A stretch of 64,000 nucleotides of DNA from an uncultured Planctomycetota bacterium. Its GTDB lineage: Bacteria > Planctomycetota > Planctomycetia > Isosphaerales > Isosphaeraceae. Below the pieces are notes generated by a model. It was given only the letters and a program-made list of their open reading frames with translations. It did not search any database and was not told where the DNA came from. The translations under genes were made by a program, and so were the position numbers. Each line of letters begins with the position of its first letter. The stretch's first letter is position 1. The DNA is taken from assembly GCA_963823665.1 (NCBI GenBank), contig CAWGMQ010000002.1:160001-224000 (forward strand), read 5' to 3'. Below, one piece after another: positions 44,442-55,115 of the stretch.

Positions 44442-44916
44442 CCTCATTTCTGCAAAACCAAAAAGATGCGCCATCTCCGCTTGAATGAAGCTTCGCTCGT
44501 TGGGTATCGTACAGACAGGGTCGGTTCATCCGCATCAAGACAGCAGGACCAACCGGCCCTGAAGCATGAGCCGTACAGCGTCGAGGATCGAGATTCCGCC
44601 TCACGCTCCGGGCAGCGGATCAGGGTCGAACCAAACCGCCGCCCACCATGTCCTATCCTTGCGGGTAGCCTCTTGAAGTCGCCGCCCGCTGTTCGACTCA
44701 ACGAACCACACCGATCTTTCAGGGTTTTAACGCTTACGCAGCCGGCGCTATTCTCGCGCTCATAGCCTGCGGCGCCCTGCGCTCAAAAAACGGCATTCGT
44801 TTACCGATCAAGTATAATTACTCACCAGCACCGGGACGCAGCACAGGACTCTCCCGGTCTTCCGGCTTTGAGACATCGACAACCTGATTCCGCCACAGCA
44901 AAGGTGAGTGCACCCA

Positions 44917-45287
44917 TGAACTGGAATTGGCAACGAGGGAAGTCTGCGACCCTCGACGTCGCAGCCGGCCGACACGACCACGGGAAGCTTCGAGCGCTTA
45001 TCGACCGGGCCACCGGCGATAGCGTCGACGAGAGCGACGAGCACTGCGGGCTCCTCAGCATGATTCGCGAGGAAGTCATTTGCCCATTCCCGGCACGGCT
45101 TGCCGGCGAAGACGTCGAGTGCCTGCGCTTCGAATGGCCCAAAAACGGCTACGGCTTGAACGCCGTATGCAAGTCCAAGACCAAGACGCAGGTCGTCGAC
45201 ATTGGTGCACTGGAATGGATCGAGCCCCGTCCCAAGGGCCATGAATGGATCGACGCTTACTTCGCCTGGCGTGACTTGCTAGGCTGA
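44917..45287 (+). CDS. CcbP-like (calcium-binding protein family) small protein
   Basis: LIDRATGDSVDESDEHCGLLSMIREEVICPFPA...EWIDAYFAW, resembling the Calci_bind_CcbP pattern. Confidence 0.55.
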
Positions 45288-45291
45288 CGCC

Positions 45292-46773
45292 TCACGAGAT
45301 CGCCTCGGGCACGATATACGGCGGGCGATACGCCCGTGTCAGAAGCTCGTTGGCTTTCGGGTCATCTTTGAAGGACTCGGTCTCCTCATCAAACGTGAGC
45401 TTCCGGCCCAGACGGTAGTTCAGTCCGTCGAGTGCCACCCCATTGTCTTTCAAGTGCTCTTCCATCCGGGCGAATGTCTCGGACGCTTCCTTGTCGTCAC
45501 CGAAGGCACTTGTTGACTTGTTGAACGGCACCTCGGTTCCCCTCCGGTACGAGATGTTGGCCAGGTGGCATAGCGCCGCCGAATAGTGTCCCTCGAGAAT
45601 ATCGGCATTCAGGTCTTCAACTTTTCGGCTGCGCACGGCCGCGATGAAGTTACCGAAATGCCCATTGCCGGGGCCACGCTCCGTATTCAGCTTCACGACA
45701 CTCCCCAGCGGCACAGTCTTGCTTTCCCCCTTTGGATAGAACTTGTCGCCCACGAGAATGCCCGACTCGAGGTGGGCGATATTGCCCACCTTCTGCCCGT
45801 GAAAGCCATCCGTCGTCAGCCCCCGGACCTCAAAGATGAGCTGAGTATCACCATAGTCCATGATGGAGATCTGGGTGTTGGCCGTCTCGCCTTGGTCACG
45901 ATAGCCGAAGCGGCCCCCCAAACTCAGAACCGTCTTGGGGTACGTAGCGCTTTTGCCGTGGCCCGCGCTCGGCGGTGGGATCAGCCAGCGGGCTTTATCC
46001 ATCTCGTGCACGCCTTGGTTCCCGATATCGCCATTGCCGAAATCCCAGAACCAGTGCCAGTTGTAGTGAACCAGGTTGCGGTGATAGGGCTGCTTGGGTG
46101 CCGGCCCGAGCCAGATATTGAACGCGACTTCCGCGGGAGGATCTGCCGTGGGCATGAACCCGATGCTCCCGCGTGGCTTGTAGCAAAGCGCCCGCGAAAC
46201 CAGCAGCTTGCCAAGCTTGCCCGAGTGAATCGCTGCGGCCGCCAGTGCCCATTCCTCTGAGGAACGGTTTTGCGTGCCGTGCTGGACGATCCGATTGTAG
46301 CGCCGCGCAGCCGCAACGGCGATGCGGCCTTCGTGCACGTTGTGACTGCACGGCTTTTCGACGTAAACATCCTTCTCCGCCTGGCAGGCCCAGATGGTGA
46401 TGAGCGCGTGCCAGTGATTGGGAGTGGCCACGGAAACCGCGTCAACCGACTTGTCATCAAGCACGCGGCGAATGTCTTGCGCGGTCGCCGGTTCTCGGCC
46501 TCCCAGCTTCTGGATATCCTTCAGTCGCTTCCCATAAGTCCGCGTGTCCGGATCGACGAGGTAAGCGATCTCAACACCCGGCATCTTCCCGAACTCGCCG
46601 ACGTGCGAGCCACCGCGTCCATTGAGTCCCGCGATCGCCACCCGAATGGTGTCATTGGCCCCAAGTACCCGACCCGACGACTTGGTCCCGCTGATCGCAA
46701 AACCTGCCCCCACACCAGCGGCCGCCAGCGATCGATTCATGAACTGGCGACGATTCACGTTCGTCTTCAACAT
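45292..46773 (-). CDS. Tat-exported Gfo/Idh/MocA oxidoreductase
   Basis: NRRQFM, GANDTIRVAIAGLNGRG, TPNHWH, DVYVEKP, QHGTQNRS, GNQGVHEMD. Confidence 0.92.
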   Translation of the reverse strand: MLKTNVNRRQFMNRSLAAAGVGAGFAISGTKSSGRVLGANDTIRVAIAGLNGRGGSHVGEFGKMPGVEIAYLVDPDTRTYGKRLKDIQKLGGREPATAQDIRRVLDDKSVDAVSVATPNHWHALITIWACQAEKDVYVEKPCSHNVHEGRIAVAAARRYNRIVQHGTQNRSSEEWALAAAAIHSGKLGKLLVSRALCYKPRGSIGFMPTADPPAEVAFNIWLGPAPKQPYHRNLVHYNWHWFWDFGNGDIGNQGVHEMDKARWLIPPPSAGHGKSATYPKTVLSLGGRFGYRDQGETANTQISIMDYGDTQLIFEVRGLTTDGFHGQKVGNIAHLESGILVGDKFYPKGESKTVPLGSVVKLNTERGPGNGHFGNFIAAVRSRKVEDLNADILEGHYSAALCHLANISYRRGTEVPFNKSTSAFGDDKEASETFARMEEHLKDNGVALDGLNYRLGRKLTFDEETESFKDDPKANELLTRAYRPPYIVPEAIS

Positions 46774-46975
46774 CGCTCCGCCTCCTCACAAAAACGACCA
46801 AGCCACGGGTTGAAAGGACCAATTGTCAAACGTTCGTTGAACACGCCTATTATGCCCAGGCCCGTGTATAAATCCCAGCACGATGCGACTTTTGTTTCTC
46901 GCACGCCCGGACAAGCTCGGGCGCCAGGATCGGCAGAATCCCGGCACCCGGCTCGATTCAGACAAACCCACGCGG

Positions 46976-48558
46976 CTAGTCAAGGTTGTTGATCGTTTCT
47001 CCCGGCCAGTCGTCGGTGCGAAACGGCGTCAGCGGCAAGCCTTCGGCGCTATACACGTTGCAGACCGGGTTGTTCGCCCACGCATACCGCACACCGACAG
47101 GCTCCGAGACCGAGTCTGACCAGACCTCGATCGTTGCCCCGACAATCTTGGCATTCGCATTCACGAACTTCCGATCAGAGCCGGCGATGGCAAACCCGCG
47201 AACCTGCGGCACATCTGCAGCCTTGAGCCCGCCTCCAATGTGCTCGAAGTGAAGCACGACCTTATTGCCCTGCTTTTCCATGGATTTATAGGATGGGCTG
47301 TGGAACGGAATCTTCAAGCCGTAATCATTGGCCAGCGCCACCGGGCGAGCCGCATGGCCACATCTTGCTTGTTCTTGGGATGGATGTCCTGAGCTTCGCC
47401 CAGGTCGATGATCACGGCCTCGCCCGTCTTCGGTAGACGGCTCATCGTCATCGTCTGCGCCTCGCGCAGCTCGGCCCATGCGCTCTGCCGGGGCGGCTCG
47501 CTCGATTCGGGAAGAAAATCGGCAAGCTGCACCCAGTAGAATGAAAAATCACCCTGGCCCCACTCGTCGCGCCAGCTCTTGATCATCAGAGGGAACAGAT
47601 CGCGATACTGGTAGGCCTTCCCCGCGTTCGACTCTCCCTGGTACCAGATCACGCCGCGAATGCCATAACCGATCGTCGGCTTGAGCACGCCGTTGTAGAT
47701 ATTACCCGGCCGGGAATTGCCGCCCATCAGCCAGTCGGGGTTGAACAGTTGCTGTGGCGGCTCTTTCCCATCATCCTTGGCCTTCTTCTCGGCAACTTTC
47801 CACTCGGCCAGTTTCGACTCATATTCAGCCTTGGAACGAGGATAGTCCTTTTCGAACTGTTCCCAGCGCTTCATCATCCGCCCATACTTTGGATCCGCCG
47901 CCAGCACATCACGGCGCACCCAAGCCTCGCACGCCGACCCGCCCCAGGCATCATTGATAAGCCCCACGGGTATGCCTAACGTCTGGTGCAACTGCCTGCC
48001 GAAGAAGTAGCCCACCGCCGAAAACCCGCCAGTTGTCTCCGGCAGGCAGGCTTGCCATGAACCCTGGAAATCCTTCTGCGGCTCCTGTGTGCCCCGATTG
48101 GGCACCGTGATCAACCGCAGGTTGGGATACTTGGCCGTCGCCAGCTCGAGGTCCGCATCCCTCGACCCGCCAACCCCCATCTGCATGTTCGACTGGCCCG
48201 AGCAAATCCACACCTCACCCACCAGCACGTCCTCGAGCTCGAGCACGTTCTTGCCGTGGATCGACAGGATGTGCGGCCCCCCGGCCGGCATCGCGTCGAG
48301 CATCACCTGCCACGATCCATCCGGGCCGGCCTTGGTCGTGTGACTCTGCCCGGCGATCTTGACCGTCACCTCCTCTCCCGGCTCGGCCCAGCCCCACACC
48401 CGATCTTTCTGATCGCGCTGAAGCACCATGTGCGAGCTGAAGATCGCCGGCACCTTCACGTCCGCCCGTGCCCCAGCAGGTAAGCCCACGAGCAGCCCCA
48501 CCAGCGCCCAGGCCAGACCCCACTGCTTCGTTTGCCGATCGCTCAATTGTTGCATCAT
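46976..48558 (-). CDS. Sialate O-acetylesterase (SASA/SGNH), split by a 1-nt frameshift near 47340
   Basis: [31 protein letters not shown]; the next frame continues ALANDYG...VRYAWANNP...PFRTDDW. GG->GGG restores RLARWALANDYG. Confidence 0.88.
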
Positions 48559-48643
48559 GAAATAGATCCTCGTCTCAGAGTCAGTTCATCCCCGATTCTC
48601 GAACTCGATTCTTCATTGTCTCGGACGTTCCCCGCTCGATTCA

Positions 48644-50086
48644 TCACGCAAGTAGCTCCGGAATGACCTTGGCCTTCGTCACTTCCGCATCGGTAAGGCC
48701 CTCGAGCCGTCCTTCATGCGGATAGACCAGCTTGCGATGGTCGAGGCCCAGGGCATGAAGCAGCGTCGCCTGCAGATCGTGCACGGTCACGACGTTTTCG
48801 ACGGATTTGTAGCCGAAATCATCGGTCGCGCCGTGGATATACCCCGGCTTGAATCCGCCGCCGGCAAGCCACAGTGAGAACCCGTGTCGATTGTGGTCGC
48901 GGCCGTCTGTCCCTTGTGAAACCGGCAATCGGCCAAACTCGCCCGTCCAGATCACGATTGTGTCTTCCAGCAGGCCGCGCTGCTTGAGATCCCGAACCAG
49001 CGCTGCGCTCGGTTGATCGCTGCCGGCGCAGAGTGACTTGAGCGTTTCCGCATTCTTGTTGTGCGTATCCCACGGTTGGCCACTCAAAAAGAGCTGGACG
49101 AACCGCACGCCGCGCTCAACCAGGCGCCGGGCTGTCAAGCAACGGCTGGCATATTCCCGCGTCGCCGGATTATCCAGGCCGTACATTCGGCGGGTTTCCC
49201 CTGATTCCTGCGAGAGATCAAGCGCCTCGGGAACGGCCGTCTGCATGGCCGCGGCGATCTCAAAGTTGGCGATCCGCGCTTCAAGCTCCGAGTACCCCGG
49301 ATGATGTCGCTGATGTGTTTGATTGAGCTCGTTCAGAAACCGGAGCTGGCTTTCGCGCGCTAGAGGCGTGACGCCTTTCGGCGTCTTGAGATTCGCGACC
49401 GGCGTCGCTCCCGATCGGAACGGCGTTCCCTGAACGATCGCCGGCAGCCAGCCGTTTGACCAGTTGCGCCCTCCATCGACCGGCAGACCTCCAGGATCTG
49501 ACAAGACCACATACGCCGGTAGATTCTGGTTCTCGGTCCCGAGCGCATACACAACCCACGAGCCCCACGTCGGCCGCCCGGCCAGGATCTTGCCCGTGTG
49601 AATGAGCCGCAGCGCCGTCTCGTGATCAACCGACTCGGTCGTCATCGACCGCACCAGGGTCAGATCGTCCGCGATCCCGGCCATGTGCGGAACAAGTTCG
49701 CTGAGCACAACCCCGGACTGACCATGCGGTCGGAACCGGAAAGGAGAAGCCAGCAGCTTTCCGGCTTGCTTGTCAAAATGGATCTCGAGCGAGCCCGGAT
49801 AAGGTTTGCCATGGTGCTGCGTGAGCACCGGCTTGGGATCGAACAGGTCCATCTGGCTTGGACCGCCATGCTGAAATAGACAGATAACCGACCGCGCTCG
49901 CCCTTTCGGCCTGGCACTCCCGTCCGGATTCGCAGAATCCTGGACAATTCGCTCAGAAGCACCAAGTGCCCGTCCATTCTCCTGGTCGAGCAGATGCGCC
50001 AGCGCAAGCGTTCCAATCGCACCGGCATATCGGCCCAGGAAGCCGCGGCGATTCAGTGCATAAGGTGAATGATCCGTTGGGCGCAT
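48644..50086 (-). CDS. DUF1501 domain protein (Tat-type signal)
   Basis: NRRGFL, LFQHGGPSQMDLFDPKP, ARRLVERGVRFVQ, WDTH, GEFGRLP, GRDHN. Confidence 0.92.
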   Translation of the reverse strand: MRPTDHSPYALNRRGFLGRYAGAIGTLALAHLLDQENGRALGASERIVQDSANPDGSARPKGRARSVICLFQHGGPSQMDLFDPKPVLTQHHGKPYPGSLEIHFDKQAGKLLASPFRFRPHGQSGVVLSELVPHMAGIADDLTLVRSMTTESVDHETALRLIHTGKILAGRPTWGSWVVYALGTENQNLPAYVVLSDPGGLPVDGGRNWSNGWLPAIVQGTPFRSGATPVANLKTPKGVTPLARESQLRFLNELNQTHQRHHPGYSELEARIANFEIAAAMQTAVPEALDLSQESGETRRMYGLDNPATREYASRCLTARRLVERGVRFVQLFLSGQPWDTHNKNAETLKSLCAGSDQPSAALVRDLKQRGLLEDTIVIWTGEFGRLPVSQGTDGRDHNRHGFSLWLAGGGFKPGYIHGATDDFGYKSVENVVTVHDLQATLLHALGLDHRKLVYPHEGRLEGLTDAEVTKAKVIPELLA

Positions 50087-50108
50087 CTCATCGTGCTCGC
50101 GATTCAGT

Positions 50109-52541
50109 TCAATCGATGTAAAGGAAGGCATTGCTGGCGAACAGCATCTGGCAGAGATCCGACCAGGCACCGTGGCGAGCGTCAGGCTCGGCGGCACTGG
50201 TATCACGTTCACGCGTTTCCAGGAATCGCTTGGCCGCACTGCGCTCGTCCGGGTCAGGTGCCCGGTTAATACAGAGCAAAAAGGCCCTCGTGATGCGTGA
50301 ATCTTGATCGGGAGGAGGGCCGCCGCTGCGGCAACTCTCTTCGCGATCAACGCGCCTGGCCAGGTTCCGCGCACGTGCCATCACAAAATCCGAGTTCAAC
50401 AGGCAGAGCGATTGCAGGGGGATTGTGGAGGACGAGCGCCGGGTGCAGGTGGTCACGATCGACGGTGCATCGAACACCTCGAGCAGACCCTCGATCTGGG
50501 TCCGCTGCTGCTGAAGATAGACCGACCGGCGAGTCGCGCCTGGCACGCGCTCGCCAACGACAACATCACCCGTTCCGGTGCGCTCGGTCGGGACATACGG
50601 CCCATACTGCCGGTCATCCAGTTCGACTGAGGCAGCGAGCATCGCGTCCCGGATCGCCTCGGCATCCAGCCGCCGCAGAGGAAACTGTGCCAGCAGTCGG
50701 TTATCGGGATCGACCCGGGCAGCCAGCAGATTCCGAGAGCTCGATTGCCGGTAAACCGACGAGCACACGATCAAGCGATGAAGTGCCTTCGTACCCCACC
50801 CCGAGCGAACCAGCTCCGCAGCCAGAAATTCCAGCAATTCGAGATGCGTCGGAGGCGCTCCCGTGTAACCAAGGTTGTCCGACGTAGCAGCCAGTCCCGT
50901 TCCAAAATGGTGCTGCCAGATCCGGTTGGCCAGCACGCGAGCCAGGAGCGCCGCCGGGCGCGAGCCAGGCTCAGTAAGCCACAGCGCCAGCGCCTTCCGC
51001 CTGCCCGTCGATGCTGACCCACGATAGGGCGGCTTCGGCTCAAATCGGTTCTCGGCATCAGTCAAAAAGGCTGGAGCACCCGGCCCGACCGGCAGGCCCG
51101 GCGTTGCCAGATCGCCGCGCAGAAGTAGGGGAATCTCGGCCGGACTCGCCGACACATCGCCCACCCACGCGATGCGGTCCGGATTAGGTTCCCGGAGGGC
51201 ATTGATCGCTTTGATCACCGGTTCGAGCGCCTTCATCTTCGCCGCTGACTTCGCCCCCGAGGCAAAGGACCGTTTGAGCGTCTCGATCTGAGCATCGATC
51301 GCCTTGTCGTGTGCTTCCCAGCGCGCCTGCTCGGCGCGAGGCCCGGCAATCACGATACGATCGTTCGGCTTCACCCATTGCTCGGCGTTGAACGCCGGAT
51401 ACAGGATTGCCTTGAGCTGATAATAATCCTTCTGAGTCACCGGCTCGAACTTGTGATCATGGCACTTCGCACACTGGAGCGTCAGCCCCAGCAACGACGA
51501 GCCAATGATCTGAATCGCGCCTTCGAGCACCGCATGCTTGTCGGCGCGCACCTCGTCGGGGTTACCGTCGCTCTCACCGGTGCCGTCCTGTCCATTGCGC
51601 AGAAAATGAGTGGCAACGAGCCGATCGATGACCGCGCTCGAAGCGTAATGCCCCGCTCGCTCCCCGGCCAGCTCATCACCGGCGAGTTGCTCGCGCACGA
51701 TCTGGTCGAGCGGGCGATCCGCATTGAATGCCCGGATCACGTAATCTCGGTATCGATAGGCCAGAGGGCGGTCGCTGTCGGCGCTGAAGTATCCGTTCGA
51801 ATCCGAATAGCCCGACGCATCCAGCCAGTACTTGCCCCATCGTTCACCATAGCGTGGCGAGGCAAGCAAGCGATCGACAAGCCGGTCGTAGGCGCCCGTA
51901 CTAGGATCACTCACGAACGCCTTGATCTCGTCGAGGCTTGGGGGAACTCCCGTCATGTCAAAGCTCAGCCGGCGAATGATCGTGACGCGATCGGCGTCGG
52001 GTCCAATGGTCAAACCCCGGTCTTCGAGCGATCGCTGAATGAAGCAATCAATCGCAGTACGCACGCGGGCCCCGCTGCGCACCTTGGGTGGCGCGGGATG
52101 CGTAGCCGGCCCAAACGCCCAGTGGTCGGTCCAGGGCGGGCTCTTTTTAACCGAATCAGCGCTCGGCAAGCCTTTGGCACCCTGAGCAACCCACCGCCGC
52201 AAGGTCGCTTTTTCAGCAGCCGACAAGGGCTCGTCAGGCCGTGGCGGCATATCGTCATCGGCAACCTGGTTCCAGATCAGGCTTTCATCCAGCTTACCCG
52301 GTACAAGTACCGGCCCGCTCTTGCCCCCTCTTACCAGCGAACGGGCGCTGCTCAGGTTAAGCCCGCCCTTCGGTTTGACCGGCCCGTGGCACTTCTGACA
52401 GCGAGCCTTGAGCAGCGGCAAGATTTCGTGCTCGAGGCTCGGCGCATCCTGGGGTTCGCCGCTCTGTGCGTTTCGCGCGAGAACAACAGCCAGACAGACC
52501 AACGAAAGGACTGCGCTGAATGTCCTGCGGGCTCCTCGCAT
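50109..52541 (-). CDS. Planctomycete cytochrome c + DUF1549 + DUF1553 protein
   Basis: CQKCHG, HWAF, RRLSFDMTGVPP, YGERWGKYWLD, CAKCHDHKFEP, NRIWQHHFG, SNAFLYID end. Confidence 0.93.
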   Translation of the reverse strand: MRGARRTFSAVLSLVCLAVVLARNAQSGEPQDAPSLEHEILPLLKARCQKCHGPVKPKGGLNLSSARSLVRGGKSGPVLVPGKLDESLIWNQVADDDMPPRPDEPLSAAEKATLRRWVAQGAKGLPSADSVKKSPPWTDHWAFGPATHPAPPKVRSGARVRTAIDCFIQRSLEDRGLTIGPDADRVTIIRRLSFDMTGVPPSLDEIKAFVSDPSTGAYDRLVDRLLASPRYGERWGKYWLDASGYSDSNGYFSADSDRPLAYRYRDYVIRAFNADRPLDQIVREQLAGDELAGERAGHYASSAVIDRLVATHFLRNGQDGTGESDGNPDEVRADKHAVLEGAIQIIGSSLLGLTLQCAKCHDHKFEPVTQKDYYQLKAILYPAFNAEQWVKPNDRIVIAGPRAEQARWEAHDKAIDAQIETLKRSFASGAKSAAKMKALEPVIKAINALREPNPDRIAWVGDVSASPAEIPLLLRGDLATPGLPVGPGAPAFLTDAENRFEPKPPYRGSASTGRRKALALWLTEPGSRPAALLARVLANRIWQHHFGTGLAATSDNLGYTGAPPTHLELLEFLAAELVRSGWGTKALHRLIVCSSVYRQSSSRNLLAARVDPDNRLLAQFPLRRLDAEAIRDAMLAASVELDDRQYGPYVPTERTGTGDVVVGERVPGATRRSVYLQQQRTQIEGLLEVFDAPSIVTTCTRRSSSTIPLQSLCLLNSDFVMARARNLARRVDREESCRSGGPPPDQDSRITRAFLLCINRAPDPDERSAAKRFLETRERDTSAAEPDARHGAWSDLCQMLFASNAFLYID

Positions 52542-52652
52542 GATCGCAATTGCCTCTTGAGGCGGGGGGAATCTATGTGGTGTGATTGTTTAATATTATG
52601 AGTGCAGCAGGGCGGAGTTCACAACCCAAGAGTCGCCGGGGGAATCGAACAC

Positions 52653-53063
52653 ATGGCACTGGCACACATCACTCTGGCGACCCGCGATGTAGCGCGATCA
52701 GCAGATTTCTTCCAGCGCGCGCTGGGGTGGCTGCCCGCCTCCCGGCCCGGCAACATCATGACGACCGCCGCCTGGCTCGAAATGGCACCGGGCATCGAGC
52801 TGCACTTGATCGAAGACCCGAAGTTCGAACCCTCGCAATTTGAAAAAGAGTTCGGCCGCCACATCGCCGTCACCTTTGCACTCTCCGAGTTTCCCCAGTT
52901 GAAAGCCCGCTTGCAGACACATGGTGCAACTTTGATCGAGCCAATCCGCGAAACCCCATTCCTGCGCTTCTTCTTCCGCGACCCGAACGGCTACGTCTTC
53001 GAAGTCGTCGAGGAAAACCACGACGAGCCAAGAATCCACGGAAGTGACACCCGCCAGACATAG
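52653..53063 (+). CDS. VOC/glyoxalase family protein
   Basis: LAHITLATRDVARSADFF, ELHLI, HIAV, FFFRDPNGYVFEV. Confidence 0.88.
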   Translation: MALAHITLATRDVARSADFFQRALGWLPASRPGNIMTTAAWLEMAPGIELHLIEDPKFEPSQFEKEFGRHIAVTFALSEFPQLKARLQTHGATLIEPIRETPFLRFFFRDPNGYVFEVVEENHDEPRIHGSDTRQT

Positions 53064-53595
53064 TGAACAACCACGGAGATGGAAAGTGGCAATATCTGGA
53101 GGGCCTTCCAGCATCCGTACACCAGTGTAAATTGGCAGCGCGGACATGCAGTACATGACCGTCGGCCGTCATGCGTCGTCCATCGTTCCAATCGATCGAT
53201 AAACGCGGCGGAAAGCCGCTGCCGTGACCATTGAGTTCACCACAGAATTTCACCCTGTCGACTCTCGATCCGGGTATCGTGTCATTCCCTCGCCTTGCCG
53301 ATCACTAGGTGCGCCCTGGAAGAACCTCGGCGCAGAGTCTTCTTGACGAACGACGCACGTCGCCCTCTCTACCTGAGATGATCTACAAAAAGGCCGAGCC
53401 AGTTTCCTGAAATGAGCCAAATTCCGGCTGTTTTTTCCAACCGCGGTTGGATCGTGCGTGTCGCATGGCATAGCGCGAGAAATTGGGCCTCCAATGGTGG
53501 CGGAGTTGGCTCGAACGAACACCGCACGCGCCCGGCATCGGGCTCACGGTCTGACGCGTGCGGGGGACCACGACCAAAGACCAAGGTCGCCTGGT

Positions 53596-53836
53596 GATCC
53601 CAAGAACACGATCCTCGGACCCGCGCAGGTAAATTGGCTCAAGGGGGCACTGCTGCGTTCGACCGGCACCTGTAAGGTGCTCGCCCAGCAAGTCATGATG
53701 GGCATGGCCCGGCAAAGCTGGCGCGAGGGGCAGACACCTGGCTTTGCAATGGATCAGTGGCCGGGCTATGCGGCCGAGCGAACGCGGCTCGTCCGATTTC
53801 TCGCCGACCGGCGGGTGCCCAACCCCGTGGTCCTCT
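53596..53836 (+). pseudogene. Internal fragment of an alkaline phosphatase D (PhoD)-type gene
   Basis: DPKNTILGPAQVNWLK...KVLAQQVMM...MDQWPGYAAERTRL...VPNPVVL stops just before the expected TGDxH motif; no N-terminus. Confidence 0.75.
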
Positions 53837-53979
53837 TGTGGTCTCTCTCGCACTGCGTTTCGTGGCGGCGGGTGAATTGCCAACGGCCAAGCCGGGCGAG
53901 GTGGGGCTTGACGCCGACAAGAGCAGTGAAGCAGTAATCAGCTTCACGTCCCAGGCCTCGACGAATCGTCGTGCGATTG

Positions 53980-54276
53980 TCATCGAGGGACCTTGGCCCG
54001 CCGCAGATCCTTTTCGAGCATATCGAACACGTCATCCATCGGCTTGCCCTCTCTCTGATCGGCCGAAGCAAGGCCCTCCTTCACGGCCTGGATCGTCTCC
54101 AGCCGCTCCGCAAGATCGAAGAGCTTCTGGTACGCCGTAGCGTCCTGCACAACCAGTTCGGCCCCGCCGTTAATCGTCAGCACCACGGGGTTTCCTGTCG
54201 CCTTCAACTGCCGCAGGAATTCTGGCGTATTCCGCTTGAAGTCGGTCAACGGCTGAATGTCCTCACTGAGATTCAT
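53980..54276 (-). CDS. Phd/YefM family antitoxin
   Basis: MNLSEDIQPLTDFKRNT...PVVLTINGGAELVVQDATAYQKL. Confidence 0.85.
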   Translation of the reverse strand: MNLSEDIQPLTDFKRNTPEFLRQLKATGNPVVLTINGGAELVVQDATAYQKLFDLAERLETIQAVKEGLASADQREGKPMDDVFDMLEKDLRRAKVPR

Positions 54277-54303
54277 TTGGGCCTCCACTCATCACATCGA
54301 TAA

Positions 54304-54321
54304 AGCATCGAACTCGATGCT
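54304..54321. promoter_or_regulatory. Palindromic operator upstream of the Phd/YefM antitoxin gene (probable autoregulation site)
   Basis: AGCATCGA-AC-TCGATGCT perfect 8-bp inverted repeat about 28 nt upstream of the ATG. Confidence 0.55.
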
Positions 54322-54373
54322 GTCCGATCCCGGACCGGTCGGCAAGCGAGGGTCAGCGCGTGCCAAGGAAACC

Positions 54374-54633
54374 TGCCCCCAATCACTCCCTCCCAACCCC
54401 CAGCGCATCCGCCACCCGATTAATGCAATTAAACCTCGAAGCAATCAACGTGATCTGCAAAATCCTTCGATCATCAAACCCAGCCGCTCACAGTCGCTCA
54501 TGATCGCGCGGCGAGACCTTCGTCGCATCCTTGGTCAACTTCACCACATAATCCACCATCACCCTCTCGGCCTCGGTGATCGGTGTAGTTTGATAGTTCT
54601 CTTTGTGCGCCTCGATGAGCGCATCATCCAGAG
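54374..54633 (-). pseudogene. Degenerate duplicate of the 3' half of the AhpD-like gene (direct repeat of 55580-55839)
   Basis: Colinear 260-bp copy at a constant offset of 1206 bp. It carries a CGA->TGA nonsense change at 54488-54490 and W->R, Y->C and G->R substitutions. Confidence 0.9.
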
Positions 54634-54710
54634 CGTGCCTCCCGGCCAACCTCGCCGGCGGTCCGGCGCGATGAGCCAGTGACATCATGCTGCGCGGCCA
54701 AGCCCCTCGC

Positions 54711-55112
54711 CTAAGGCGGGAAAACTCCCGCCGATATCAGCAGGCGGCGGACTTGCACCCGCTCTGGGGCATTCATCTTCAGCACGCCGATGGTCGTTCT
54801 CCCGACGGCGGTCTTGCCTATGAGTCTCGGACCGTCCCAGCCGAAGTGCGAACCCCACCGCTGAAGGCGGGGATTGAAAAGCCGTGTGAAGCGCCCCGTC
54901 TGTGGGTCGAGTCCCGTAATGTTCGGCCCCTTGTGGAAATTGTCGTGCGGGCAGGATAACGCCAGATTCTCGAATGTGGTTCGACCGCCGTGCTGCTAGG
55001 CTAGGATGTGATCAAGCGGGAACGTGAATTCGGAAATGTCAGCCGGGATGTGGCAATACTCGCAGCGGTTATGAGCTCGGTGCTGGACTCGCCGCCGCAA
55101 TCGTTCGCCCAT
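54711..55112 (-). pseudogene. HNH endonuclease with an in-frame TAG at 54996-54998
   Basis: MGERLRRRVQHRAHNRCEYCH...DHILA*QHGGRTTFENLALSCPHDNFHKGPN...RLFNPR..W..HF...GRTT..VLKMN. Missed by the ORF track. Confidence 0.85.
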
Positions 55113-55115
55113 GGC

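Noticed and set aside
46820..46845. LacI-like operator (TGTCAAACGTTCG) upstream of the Gfo/Idh/MocA gene
   Set aside because: The symmetry is poor, there is only one instance, and no LacI gene is in the window.
37640..47345. Programmed ribosomal frameshifting in the hydrolase, deacetylase and esterase genes
   Set aside because: There are no slippery heptamers or stimulatory structures at these sites. Single-base homopolymer errors explain all of them.
54488..54490. Second selenocysteine codon in the duplicated peroxidase fragment
   Set aside because: It aligns to CGA (Arg) in the intact copy, not to a Cys, and the fragment has no start and carries other damaging substitutions.
54996..54998. 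Pyrrolysine read-through of the HNH TAG
   Set aside because: The position is a variable residue in a non-methyltransferase gene within a decaying region, and no pyl genes are in the window. A nonsense mutation is simpler.
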